Below are positions 18,392-27,751 of a stretch of DNA of 64,000 nucleotides, piece after piece. The first letter of the stretch is position 1. Each line of letters opens with the position of its first letter. The position numbers and the translations under genes are program-made. The stretch is from Desulfobacterales bacterium (GTDB taxonomy: Bacteria > Desulfobacterota > Desulfobacteria > Desulfobacterales > UBA5852). The stretch is taken from positions 2,208,001-2,272,000 of the forward strand of contig CAXXVS010000002.1 in the NCBI GenBank assembly GCA_963674755.2, written 5' to 3'. The notes beneath the pieces were generated by a model. It saw nothing but the letters and a program-made list of their open reading frames with translations, did no database searches and was not told where the DNA came from.

Positions 18392-20314
18392 ATGCAAAAC
18401 GACATCGTCATTGGAATCATTTCCGCTACCCGGGAATTCATCGAATGTGCATCTTACGTCGCGGATCAAAAGAAAATTAAAATCTTGATTTCGGAAGCCG
18501 GTCTCGAAGCCAGTGTTGAACACGGGCAAAGGATGGAAAAGGAGGGCGTCGATGTGGTCATCGCCTGGCGGGCGGGAGCGGAAATTTTGCGCAAAACACT
18601 CAACATCCCCGTCTTGACCGTTCAATTTACCGCCTATGATTTGATCGCTCACATCAAAGACGCCAAAACGTTGGGCAATAAAATCCTAGTGACCGCCTAT
18701 CGCTCCAAGCCACCGCACCTGGATCTGCTGAGCCAAATATTTGATGTCAAGATCACCGCCTGTATTTACAACAACTCCAAAGAACTCGAAAATTTGATCA
18801 AGCAGGCGAAAACAAACGAATACGATGTGATCATTGGCGGCGGGATTACCCTGAGATTGGCCAATATATATGGACTGAAAAGCGTCGCCTACCGTCCGGC
18901 GGTTGAAAGCATGGAATCCGCTTTCGACGATGCCATCGCGATTGCACGCATCGCCCGGCAAAAGCACCAATGCGAATCCGACTACTCGTCCATCATCGAC
19001 GCATTCAACGAGGGGGTCGTTTCAATCAACGATAACGGTGTGGTGTCTTCCATCAATCAATTCGCCCTCAAAGCGCTGAACCTGGAAGTCGGCGATGTCG
19101 TTGGCAAAAATTTCCGGTCGATTTTCCAAAGTTCATCCATTGACACAGTCCTTGCCACCGGCAACGCATTGTGGGGAACCATCGAGGTGATCAACAACAA
19201 CAAATTCATTACGAATTATGTGCCGTTGATCAACCAGCAACAACCCATTGGCGTTGTTTTGATGTTCAAGGACATTTCCACCCTGATTAAAGAGGAAAAC
19301 CAAGTCAGACGCTCGCTGATCCGCAAGCACCGGGCCAAATACAAGATCGCGGATTTCATCCATAAATGCGATCTCATGAAGCGCATGATAAAAAAAGTCA
19401 AAACGTTTTCGAAAACCGATGCCACCGTTTTAATCAGTGGAGAAACCGGAACCGGAAAGGAAATCATCGCACATTCGATCCATCAACTCAGCAACCGTAA
19501 AAAAGGATCCTTTATTTCCATTAATTGTGCTGCCATTCCGGACAATCTGTTGGAGAGCGAATTGTTCGGGCACGAGCAGGGCGCGTTCACTGGATCCAAA
19601 AAAGGGGGGAAAATCGGATTGTTCGAATTGGCCCACAATGGGACCATCTTCCTGGATGAAATTGGATCGATGCCGGTCGGTTTGCAGAGCAGTCTGCTCA
19701 GGGTGTTGCAGGAGAGGGAAGTGATGCGCATCGGCGGAGAGCGGCTGATTCCCATCGATGTGCGTGTTATCGCCGCGGCCAACCAAAATATTCCCAAGGC
19801 GGTCAAAGAGGGTGCCTTCAGGGAAGACCTTTATTTCAGGCTCAGCGTACTGACGGTTTTTATTCCACCGCTTAGGGAGCGATTGGCGGACCTGGATTTA
19901 ATCGTCGACTTTTTAATTGAAAAATATTCCAGACAATTTAGGACATCGCCATTCAAGGTGCCGGTACTTTTCATTGAGCGCCTCAAACGAATGCAATGGC
20001 CGGGCAATATCCGCCAACTTCAAAATTTCATCGAAAAGATGGTTATCCTATCGGAGGGGAATTTCTCATCCGATGTGTTCGATGACATTTACCAGGAGTT
20101 GGAGTACTATTCGGTTTGCGAAGGCCAGGAAGATGATAAACTGATTTCAGTGACGCCTGACACAGTCGCCAACAAAATAATAGACGATGAAGCCAGAACC
20201 ATTTTGGATGCCTTGGAGAAATCCAAACTGAACAAGAAAAAGGCCGCCGATTACCTCGGCATCAGCAGGACCACACTCTGGCGTAAGATGCGGACTCTGA
20301 AAATAAAAATCTAA
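18392..20314 (+). CDS. PrpR-like sigma54-dependent transcriptional activator (PrpR_N, PAS, AAA+, Fis-type HTH)
   Basis: GETGTGKE, ESELFG...GAFTG, FLDEIG, FREDLYFRL, WPGNIRQL and LGISRTTLWRK motifs; divergent from prpF. Confidence 0.92.
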   Translation: MQNDIVIGIISATREFIECASYVADQKKIKILISEAGLEASVEHGQRMEKEGVDVVIAWRAGAEILRKTLNIPVLTVQFTAYDLIAHIKDAKTLGNKILVTAYRSKPPHLDLLSQIFDVKITACIYNNSKELENLIKQAKTNEYDVIIGGGITLRLANIYGLKSVAYRPAVESMESAFDDAIAIARIARQKHQCESDYSSIIDAFNEGVVSINDNGVVSSINQFALKALNLEVGDVVGKNFRSIFQSSSIDTVLATGNALWGTIEVINNNKFITNYVPLINQQQPIGVVLMFKDISTLIKEENQVRRSLIRKHRAKYKIADFIHKCDLMKRMIKKVKTFSKTDATVLISGETGTGKEIIAHSIHQLSNRKKGSFISINCAAIPDNLLESELFGHEQGAFTGSKKGGKIGLFELAHNGTIFLDEIGSMPVGLQSSLLRVLQEREVMRIGGERLIPIDVRVIAAANQNIPKAVKEGAFREDLYFRLSVLTVFIPPLRERLADLDLIVDFLIEKYSRQFRTSPFKVPVLFIERLKRMQWPGNIRQLQNFIEKMVILSEGNFSSDVFDDIYQELEYYSVCEGQEDDKLISVTPDTVANKIIDDEARTILDALEKSKLNKKKAADYLGISRTTLWRKMRTLKIKI

Positions 20315-20460
20315 TCGGCGTCCATCAGGAAGCTTAACTTATTGGTAATTTTGATATTCTGTCAATGTGCCATCAACGTCTGATAAAATATCTTTCGTCG
20401 TGTAAAGGGTACAAACAGAAAGCTTCGGCAATGAAGGCCATCGAATCTATCAAAAATTTG

Positions 20461-21159
20461 TCAGGCGGAAAGCTGGATGTGGGCGGAGATGCGTCGCTCG
20501 ATTCGACGGAAGACGAACAGCACGCCGTAGACCATCACCAGATAAATCAGCGCGGCGGCAATGAACATCTCGTAAAAGGCGAAGCTGCGGGCCGCGATAA
20601 CCCGCGTCACGCCGGTCAGGTCCATGACGGTAATGATCGAGACCAGTGAAGTGGCCTGCAATAGAAAAACCACCTCGTTGGTGTAGGCTGGCCATGCCAG
20701 CCGGAAGGCTTTGGGCAGGATGATCCGGCGGAACATCACGCGGGTGTTCATACCGCAGGCCCTGGCCGCCTCAATCTCGCCCCAGGGAACGGCTTCGATG
20801 GCGCCACGCAGGATTTCAGCAGTATAGGCGGCCGTGTTCAGGGTCAGCGTCAGCACGGCGCAGAAATAGGCCTGTTTGAAAAACGGCCACAGACCGATGG
20901 TTTCGAGGAAATCGACGAACTGACCGCTGCCGTAATAGACAAGAAAGATCTGCACCAGGAGCGGCGTCCCCCGGAAGTAAAAACAGAAGGCATAGCTGGG
21001 GATCGACAGCAAACGGTTGCGGGCCACACGCATCAGGGCCACCGGGACGGCCAGGCACAGGCCGATGACCACCGCCAGGGCCGTGATCTGTACGGTCACC
21101 CAGGTGCCGCTCATCAGCCGCGGCAGACTGTCGACGACGATGTCAGGGATCAGGGGCAT
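20461..21159 (-). CDS. Polar amino-acid ABC transporter permease (HisM/OccM-like)
   Basis: FRGTPLLVQ, AYTAEILRG, EAA loop and TSLVS motifs. Confidence 0.9.
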   Translation of the reverse strand: MPLIPDIVVDSLPRLMSGTWVTVQITALAVVIGLCLAVPVALMRVARNRLLSIPSYAFCFYFRGTPLLVQIFLVYYGSGQFVDFLETIGLWPFFKQAYFCAVLTLTLNTAAYTAEILRGAIEAVPWGEIEAARACGMNTRVMFRRIILPKAFRLAWPAYTNEVVFLLQATSLVSIITVMDLTGVTRVIAARSFAFYEMFIAAALIYLVMVYGVLFVFRRIERRISAHIQLSA

Positions 21160-21163
21160 GCCA

Positions 21164-21862
21164 TCAGGCCTTTCTGACGCCTTTGCTGGCCCATTTTTCA
21201 AGTTGCCTTTGCCCGACCAGGGAAACGACGGTGATCGCGAGGTAAAAGAGCGAGGCCAGAAAGTAGCAGGTGAAGGGCAAGCGGGTGGCCCGCGCGGCGA
21301 TGTCCGAATTGCGCATCAACTCGGGCAACTGAATGACCGATATCAGGGCGGTGGCCTTGATGAGGACCATCCATACGTTTCCCAGACCCGGCAGGGCGAA
21401 CCGCCACATCTGAGGCAGCAGAATGCGGCGGAAACACAGCACGCGTCCCATGCCCACCGAGCGGGCGGCTTCCACCTGTCCCCTGTCGACCGCCAGGAAA
21501 GCGCCCCGGAAGACTTCGGTCGAAAAAGCACCGTAGATGAAACCGATGGTGCACATGCCGGCGACCAGGGGATTGAGGTCGATGAAGAGTTCCACATCCA
21601 GGGAAGCGGCGATGTCCTGAATCAGAGTGGGGGCGCCATAGTACACCAGCAGGATCAAAACGAGTTCGGGTACGCCGCGCACGATGGTGGTGTAGGTCCC
21701 GGCGGCGGCATTGGCCAGGGGCGAGCGTGCCAGCTTGCCCCAGGCCCCCACCAGTCCGAGCAGAATCGCAATCCCCAAGGAACAAACGCCCACCAGCACC
21801 GTCAGCTTGGCGCCGTCCACAAGCAGCGATCCGTATCCCTGCAGGTTCAGAAAATCAGGCAT
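21164..21862 (-). CDS. Polar amino-acid ABC transporter permease (HisQ/OccQ-like)
   Basis: RGVPELV, GAF.TEVFRGA, GQVEAA and ALPGLGNVW..LIKATAL motifs. Confidence 0.9.
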   Translation of the reverse strand: MPDFLNLQGYGSLLVDGAKLTVLVGVCSLGIAILLGLVGAWGKLARSPLANAAAGTYTTIVRGVPELVLILLVYYGAPTLIQDIAASLDVELFIDLNPLVAGMCTIGFIYGAFSTEVFRGAFLAVDRGQVEAARSVGMGRVLCFRRILLPQMWRFALPGLGNVWMVLIKATALISVIQLPELMRNSDIAARATRLPFTCYFLASLFYLAITVVSLVGQRQLEKWASKGVRKA

Positions 21863-21894
21863 GGAACTCCTGTTTCAGTCAGTGCTTCCCGGCG

Positions 21895-22680
21895 TTAGTC
21901 GCCGTAAAGATCGAAATCGAAGTACTTGGCGTTGATCTTCTGGTATTCGCCGTTTTTACGGATTTCCTTGATGGCTTTGTTGAACATCGCTTTCAGGTCG
22001 CCGTCCCCTTTGCGCACGGCGATGCCGATCCCCTCGCCGAACCATTTCTCGGCCGTAAAGGACGGTCCGATGAAGGCATAACCCTGGCCTGCCTCGGTAT
22101 CCAGAAATCCGCCCTGCAACACGGTCGCATCCGCGATGACCAGATCGACCCGGCCGGCGGTGAGGTCCATGTTGGCTTCGTCCTGGGTGGCATAGGATTT
22201 GATCTGGACGCTGTCGCCGAAATTGTCGCGGACAAAGTTTTCGTGAATGGTCGCGCGCTGGACGCCCACCACCTTGCCCTTCAGCCCCTCTTTGCTGACA
22301 TCGATGTCGGCGCCCTTTTTCGCCACGAAACGGGCCGGCGAGACATAGTATTTATCGGTGAAATCGACTTTTTGCTTGCGCTCTTCGGTTATGGACATGG
22401 AGGCCACGATGGCATCGTACTTTTTGGCCATCAGGCCGGGAATCAGTCCGTCCCAGTCCTGAATCACCATCGTGCACTCGACGCCCATCTGCTTGCACAG
22501 CGCCTTGGTGATATCCACATCGAAGCCCTGCAGCTCACCGTTGCTGTCCACCAAATTGAACGGAGGGTAGGCACCTTCGGTAGCGATCCGTATGGTTTTC
22601 CAATCCCCCGCGGGGGCCGGCGAAACCAGCATCATCGTAATGGCAAAGGCGGCCAGTAACGCGCTCAGTCGTATTCTCAT
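21895..22680 (-). CDS. Basic amino-acid ABC transporter substrate-binding protein (ArgT/HisJ-like)
   Basis: Signal peptide; TEGAYPPFN, GFDVDI, WDGLIPGL and SMSITEER motifs. Confidence 0.9.
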   Translation of the reverse strand: MRIRLSALLAAFAITMMLVSPAPAGDWKTIRIATEGAYPPFNLVDSNGELQGFDVDITKALCKQMGVECTMVIQDWDGLIPGLMAKKYDAIVASMSITEERKQKVDFTDKYYVSPARFVAKKGADIDVSKEGLKGKVVGVQRATIHENFVRDNFGDSVQIKSYATQDEANMDLTAGRVDLVIADATVLQGGFLDTEAGQGYAFIGPSFTAEKWFGEGIGIAVRKGDGDLKAMFNKAIKEIRKNGEYQKINAKYFDFDLYGD

Positions 22681-22700
22681 CTTTTCTCCTCCTGCTCGTT

Positions 22701-23525
22701 TTAGGTGGTGGGAACATCGTCGGTCCGATCCTGCCACAGGAAACGGGACAGGAACTGACGACAGCGAATCGAATCGGGGGCGTTGAAAACTTTTTCCGGG
22801 GGGCCCTGCTCTTCCACACGGCCTTCGTCCAGAAAGATGACCTGGCTGGAAACGTCACGGCAGAAGTCCATTTCATGGGTCGCGACGAGCATGGTGCGCC
22901 CCTCTTCGGCCAGCTGCCGCATGACCGCCAGCACATCGCCGACCAGTTCGGGATCCAAGGCGGATGTGGGCTCGTCAAGCAGCATGACGGTCGGCTCCAT
23001 GGCCAGGGCACGCGCGATGGCGGCCCGCTGCTGCTGACCGCCGGAAATCTGCGCCGGATAGCTTTTCGCCTTATCCGCGATGCCGACCTTTTCCAACAGC
23101 GCCATGGCCGTTTCTTTGGCCTCTTTTTTAGGCTTACCGAGAACGTGGACCGGCGCCTCGATGACGTTTTCCATAACGGTCATGTGGGTCCACAGGTTGA
23201 ACTGCTGGAACACCATGCCCAGCTTCGTCCGGATGCGATCCACCTGTTTACTGGATTTTGGAATGGTGTCGCCCTTGCGGTTGGCGGTCATCTCGATGAG
23301 TTCGCCGTTGACCCAGACGTGGCCGGAGTTGGGAATCTCCAGGAGGTTGATACAGCGCAGCAGGGTGCTCTTGCCGGATCCGGAGGAACCGATGAGGGAA
23401 ATGACATCCCCCTGGTTGGCCGTGAGGGAAATGCCTTTGAGAACCTCTAACGCGTCGAAACTTTTGTGCAGATCCTCGACCTTCAGCGCCGGCGGTTGTT
23501 GGCTTGCAGTCGTGTCCTTGTGCAT
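22701..23525 (-). CDS. Polar amino-acid ABC transporter ATP-binding protein (HisP-like)
   Basis: Walker A GSSGSGKST, signature ISGGQQQR and LLDEPTSALDPE; start uncertain (23525 or 23585). Confidence 0.92.
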   Translation of the reverse strand: MHKDTTASQQPPALKVEDLHKSFDALEVLKGISLTANQGDVISLIGSSGSGKSTLLRCINLLEIPNSGHVWVNGELIEMTANRKGDTIPKSSKQVDRIRTKLGMVFQQFNLWTHMTVMENVIEAPVHVLGKPKKEAKETAMALLEKVGIADKAKSYPAQISGGQQQRAAIARALAMEPTVMLLDEPTSALDPELVGDVLAVMRQLAEEGRTMLVATHEMDFCRDVSSQVIFLDEGRVEEQGPPEKVFNAPDSIRCRQFLSRFLWQDRTDDVPTT

Positions 23526-23732
23526 GACCCCCCATTTTGGCCGTAATGGAATGAATCGCCAATCAGCTTGGGGCTCGCGCAACAATAAATTCGCAGATGG
23601 TCAGTGCTCAAGCGCTCGCTCAGCAAGGCGTGAAAATTAAGGAATATCATGTCTATTCCGAATTTTCGCAACGCTCCTGAGTGAGATAATTGGGCTCTGA
23701 GAATGTGAAGTTATTTTTGCGCGCGCCCTTAA

Positions 23733-23891
23733 TGGTCCTGTTCGTAAATACGGTGACGTAATGAAGTCGTCAAGTCGCCTGGCGGACAAGGCGCGCAAAC
23801 TAAGGCCTATTCGGAATAGGCTGTGTTTGCGCAACACCGTACGACAGGATGAATTGGCGGCTGAATGCCAGCGTATTTGTGAATAGGGCCA
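23733..23891 (+). repeat. Palindromic MITE/REP-like element (type D)
   Basis: 20-nt terminal inverted repeat TGGTCCTGTTCGTAAATACG / CGTATTTGTGAATAGGGCCA, with inner hairpins GCGCAAAC..GTTTGCGC and GCCTATT-CGG-AATAGGC. Confidence 0.7.
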
Positions 23892-24108
23892 CTTAGTCCG
23901 TTCAAAGCCCATTGACCGTTGCCGTGCGACTGTAGCGTTGTAAGGTTCAAAATGCAATCTCAAATTCCCCCGCCGTCGCGGCCTCGCCAAACCCCCGAAA
24001 CCGTAGAAGGTGGGACGCCGGCCCCCTGGCCCAACGGTTCAGGCGCCGAATTCCCGCGATCCGAACCGCAGGCGTTGGCAGTGCCATCTCCAAAGCGATT
24101 TGGATTTT

Positions 24109-24963
24109 TCAGCGTTCGGGGAGGGCGGAGGGGGACAGGGATTTGTACCAGATGTTCATGCTCTGCACCCGACCGGAAATGTTGGTGTTGTTGACCAGGG
24201 TTCCGCCGAACGTGTAGCCGGCCCGGGCGAACAGGATGTTGATGCCGTAGGACACGGCGCGGGCAATGGTGAAGGCCGTTTTCACACCGTCCTGCCAGGC
24301 GTTGGCCTCCATGGCGGCCAGCAGGTGAGCGCCGAAGCTGGCGCGCCGATGTGCGGGGTCTGTTGCAAAATCGGTCATCTCCACCCCGCTCCCGGTTCGT
24401 TCGGCCGATGCCAAGGCGATCAGGGTTGCCTCGTAAAGGATGCCGACATAGCTGAAATTCTCATCCATGGAGCGGCGGATGTAAGCCGGATCGAAAATCG
24501 GGAAGGGATAGCTGTCGAACACCCGGCGGTACAGGGCGGCCATCTGGGGGGCGCGATCCGCGTGCATGACGGCCAGGTCGCAGCCGGCCGGCAACGGACG
24601 GCGAATGCCGGCCCCGGCCTTCCGCGAGGCGACCGCCAGCACCTTTTGGATGCGCTCGGCATCGCTCGGCCGGCGCCGACTTTCACATTGGAAGCGGGCC
24701 ACGAAAAGGGCCGCGTCCCCCCCGGCGTAAAAATCGGGAATCCGGGCTTCGATTTCGAATCCAGCATCCAGGAATACAGGGGCACTTTGGGAGGGAATTT
24801 TGGCGAAGAGCTTGGTGTAGCCCTCGGCCTGCGCCATTTTCCGCATCTCGGCGATGACCGTCTCAGCCTCGCCGGGGGCCAGTTGCATGAGGTAGACCCT
24901 GTCGGACAAAAGACCGTACTGAATCCGGGACTGGCCAATGGTTTTGATGCTGTCTGGGGTCAC
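24109..24963 (-). CDS. ablB: Putative beta-lysine N-acetyltransferase
   Basis: DRVYLM, GYTKLFAKIP, EARIP.FY, VFDSYPFPIFDP.Y, EMTDFAT, FTIARA.SYG.N and GTLVNNTNISG motifs; likely GTG start at 24963. Confidence 0.85.
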   Translation of the reverse strand: MTPDSIKTIGQSRIQYGLLSDRVYLMQLAPGEAETVIAEMRKMAQAEGYTKLFAKIPSQSAPVFLDAGFEIEARIPDFYAGGDAALFVARFQCESRRRPSDAERIQKVLAVASRKAGAGIRRPLPAGCDLAVMHADRAPQMAALYRRVFDSYPFPIFDPAYIRRSMDENFSYVGILYEATLIALASAERTGSGVEMTDFATDPAHRRASFGAHLLAAMEANAWQDGVKTAFTIARAVSYGINILFARAGYTFGGTLVNNTNISGRVQSMNIWYKSLSPSALPER

Positions 24964-25363
24964 GGTACACCCATTGGAGGAACGTTGTTGCCCGACAAAA
25001 CCGGGTAGGTCCAAGGGGTCATTAAACAAGGTTGAAACGGGGTGTCCATCTTTTTAATGCCAATCACGACAGTTAAAATTGTCCTCAGGGGATTAGATAC
25101 GCCCTTTCCGGTACATTGCGATGGCTCCCATACCACGGACAGCCCGCAATGTTAAGGACCTGGAGATTGCTTAGCTTTAAAATATCGTCCCTTGTGCCGG
25201 CGCCTGCTTTAGCATTTCATCCAAAGTTCAGTGCCAAACATGCCCCTACATGCCCCATGCCCTTTCCAAGTTGGAAAAATAACTGACACCAAAAACGACA
25301 GCGCTTTTGCGCCGCAAACCCAAATCATCTATAAAATCATATCCATATGGACGTCTTGATCTC

Positions 25364-25379
25364 CGGCATATTTATTGCT
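25364..25379 (+). promoter_or_regulatory. Putative sigma54 promoter upstream of the PilZ gene
   Basis: CGGCATATTTATTGCT with exact GG-N10-GC spacing. Confidence 0.55.
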
Positions 25380-25557
25380 GAACAAATGGCGAAAAAGACC
25401 ACAAATCTCCGAAGCCACGAAGATCTAAAACAGGTCTGATCACGCCCGATTCATGCTGTCGTTTCCTTTATGCCGCACGCTCTTGCATTGCTTTCCACAA
25501 GGGATGTGCGCCCCCTCTCATCTGAGCAATAACCCGTTGACGCCAAAGGGGATCGCC

Positions 25558-25902
25558 ATGAATGCCATGCCAGCGAATATCCATCATGATTCGAGAACCG
25601 ATGAACGGTTTGCCACCGAGGTGGAAATTATCTGCCAGCCCTATGGCAGCACCCGAACGATGCGTTCGGTCCAAGGGGTTATTCGTAATTTTTCAAGAGG
25701 GGGATTGTACATCGAAATCGATCATGCCTTCAAAGCCGGTACGATTTTGATGGTGCGCATGGTTGGCTGCCCATCGTCGCCCTCAACGACCGGATGCCGT
25801 GATAAACCGCGGTCCAACTGTCTGGGGGAAATCAAATGGCGGCAGGATCTGGGCTCTGAGGAAGCGCCGCACTACGGGATGGGATTGCGCTATCTCGACT
25901 AA
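25558..25902 (+). CDS. Stand-alone PilZ-domain protein
   Basis: RxxxR (RTDER) and NxSxGG (NFSRGG) c-di-GMP-binding motifs; ends with GEIKW...YGMGLRY. Confidence 0.85.
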   Translation: MNAMPANIHHDSRTDERFATEVEIICQPYGSTRTMRSVQGVIRNFSRGGLYIEIDHAFKAGTILMVRMVGCPSSPSTTGCRDKPRSNCLGEIKWRQDLGSEEAPHYGMGLRYLD

Positions 25903-26113
25903 GTCATTCATTCAGGTGGACAAAAGCGGTTGGGATGTATGACCAAGCCAAGTCCCTTCGCATATTGGCGGATACACCGGAAGTGACCTTCGTTCCACGC
26001 GGCATGGGCTCGGGGGCAGGGACAATTTCCGCGAAGGCCTGAGGATTGAGGGATATCTGTACGGCGTACCGGAAATTGAAGATTTCCGATTTGAAGAATA
26101 CCCTTGGGTTCTC

Positions 26114-26701
26114 TCACAATCGCGCATCCCTCACCATAAACCGATTTGGAATTTGGAGAATGACTTTTTCGAGAATAAAGTTAAATCCGAATTTTTCATA
26201 AAAGCGCACGTTTTCATCCAGATCCGTTTCCAAAAAAGCCTTTGCCGCGCAACGATCCACTTCCTTGCAAAAACGCTCCATCAGTTTGGATCCAATGCCC
26301 TTCCCCCGGTAGGCGGGCAGAACGCCGATCGGGCCAAGATGCCAATGCTGTTCTTGCGGGTCCTGGTTTGACCACTCCCGGTGCCAGATGGCTTTCCGGG
26401 AGCTGATGTCATTCCCGTCCTTCGGCTTTTGCGCTTCATCCGTGGTTTTCCCACCAACACATGACTTCATCCGCATAACACCAATGATGTTGTCATTCGC
26501 TTTCGCAAGGAATACGATACCGGGCACTGTGCTGAAAAGATCCAAAAACATCTTCTCGATTTCCAGGCGCTCATCCTCGCCATTGCCCTGGAAAACGGCC
26601 ATATGCATGGGATTGTTCAGCATGGCGATGCTGAGGACCTTTGCTGATTCCGGAATGTCGCCAAGTTCCATAAAAGAAATATTGAAGTTGCCCACCTTCA
26701 T
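26114..26701 (-). CDS. GNAT family N-acetyltransferase
   Basis: HWHLGPIGVLPAYRGKGIGSKL, AFLET and NVRFYEKFGF motifs. Confidence 0.9.
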   Translation of the reverse strand: MKVGNFNISFMELGDIPESAKVLSIAMLNNPMHMAVFQGNGEDERLEIEKMFLDLFSTVPGIVFLAKANDNIIGVMRMKSCVGGKTTDEAQKPKDGNDISSRKAIWHREWSNQDPQEQHWHLGPIGVLPAYRGKGIGSKLMERFCKEVDRCAAKAFLETDLDENVRFYEKFGFNFILEKVILQIPNRFMVRDARL

Positions 26702-26885
26702 TCCTTTCCCGCCAGGAAGGTTTTAAGAACAGGCATATCAATGCCGCCCTAATCCCGTAGTTCGTCTCCGCCGCTTTGACCGAGAGCCGGCATCCCTGCT
26801 TCACGAAGCGCCTGTGCCTGGTTTTCAGTCTCAGGCCGGGTACCGTTCCCGTCAAAGGGTATGCCAAGAAAACCGATTTTCATTA

Positions 26886-27362
26886 CTATTTCTTACAGGT
26901 GATGTTGCCGCTTTCAGGCGAAGAGACCGATTCTGGAGCGGTAGCTGGTTGGCGCAGCGCATATTTTCTGTAACTCGATAGCCTTTCTGATAACGTTCCT
27001 GTATGCAACTCAAATAAATGGTTGTCAAAATCGTAAAAATAGACAGAACGACCTTCTCCCGCAATGCGACTTCGGTCTTCAACGATATCCAATCCAAATT
27101 CTCGGATCTTTTCGATATATTCCCTTAAATCAGATTCTGAAACCTTGAAGGCCACATGGTTATAGGATCTCTCTGAAGTAGGGTCACCTTCGATAATCGC
27201 AACCCATGTTCCGCCAATTAAGAGAAATTTTTCGTATGCTACGGAAAAATTCTTTTGGGCGCTATCATATACTTCTTGAGCGCCGAAAATCGAGCAGTAC
27301 AAATTGGCGCTTCGCCCGACATCCTTCACAATGAAAGTTATATGGCTTATTGACCCTATCAT
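26886..27362 (-). CDS. fosX: Fosfomycin resistance hydrolase FosX family (VOC fold)
   Basis: SHITFIVKD, EVYDS...FS..EKF, YNHVAFK and R..GEGRS.YFYD.DNHLFELHTGTL.ERL motifs; the C-terminus appears ~20 aa longer than typical FosX. Confidence 0.9.
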   Translation of the reverse strand: MIGSISHITFIVKDVGRSANLYCSIFGAQEVYDSAQKNFSVAYEKFLLIGGTWVAIIEGDPTSERSYNHVAFKVSESDLREYIEKIREFGLDIVEDRSRIAGEGRSVYFYDFDNHLFELHTGTLSERLSSYRKYALRQPATAPESVSSPESGNITCKK

Positions 27363-27368
27363 TGTACG

Positions 27369-27430
27369 GTTTAACGCCGGGCATCAGCGGGCGCCCGCGT
27401 TTTGCGCTCCCCTGGATGCCCTTGCTCGGC
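27369..27430 (-). mobile_element. attC-like integron cassette recombination site
   Basis: Minus strand reads GCCGAGC-AA-GGGCATCCAG...CTGATGCCC-GGC-GTTAAAC. It is a 62-bp imperfect palindrome with one unpaired base in the L-box pair and a GTTRRRY core 6 nt before the fosX ATG. Confidence 0.65.
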
Positions 27431-27751
27431 GCAGTCAGAGATATGAAATGAATAAAAAAGGTTTAGGAATGAAAAACTGCCCCTCTCTGTTTTTCCATCT
27501 CAGCACTGACGAACGCACCACCACTGTTTTTTGAGCCAGACGTATCCACCCTCCGCGATTTCTTTGCAGCAAAAGCTACATTGCATGGACGTCTCCTAAG
27601 CCTGGCTATCGATTAACAGGAATTTTTTCCGAACAAATGAACCATTTAGCATCCAAGTCTCACTAATGCAGCAAGAGACCAAGGGCAAGGAGCAAGGAAC
27701 GGAAATGTTTAATAGCTTTTTCGCTAACGGTTTGCATAGGGAGGACACGTA

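Noticed and set aside
24970..25250. Possible lysine riboswitch upstream of ablB
   Set aside because: No recognisable L-box conserved segments by eye; an Rfam scan would be needed.
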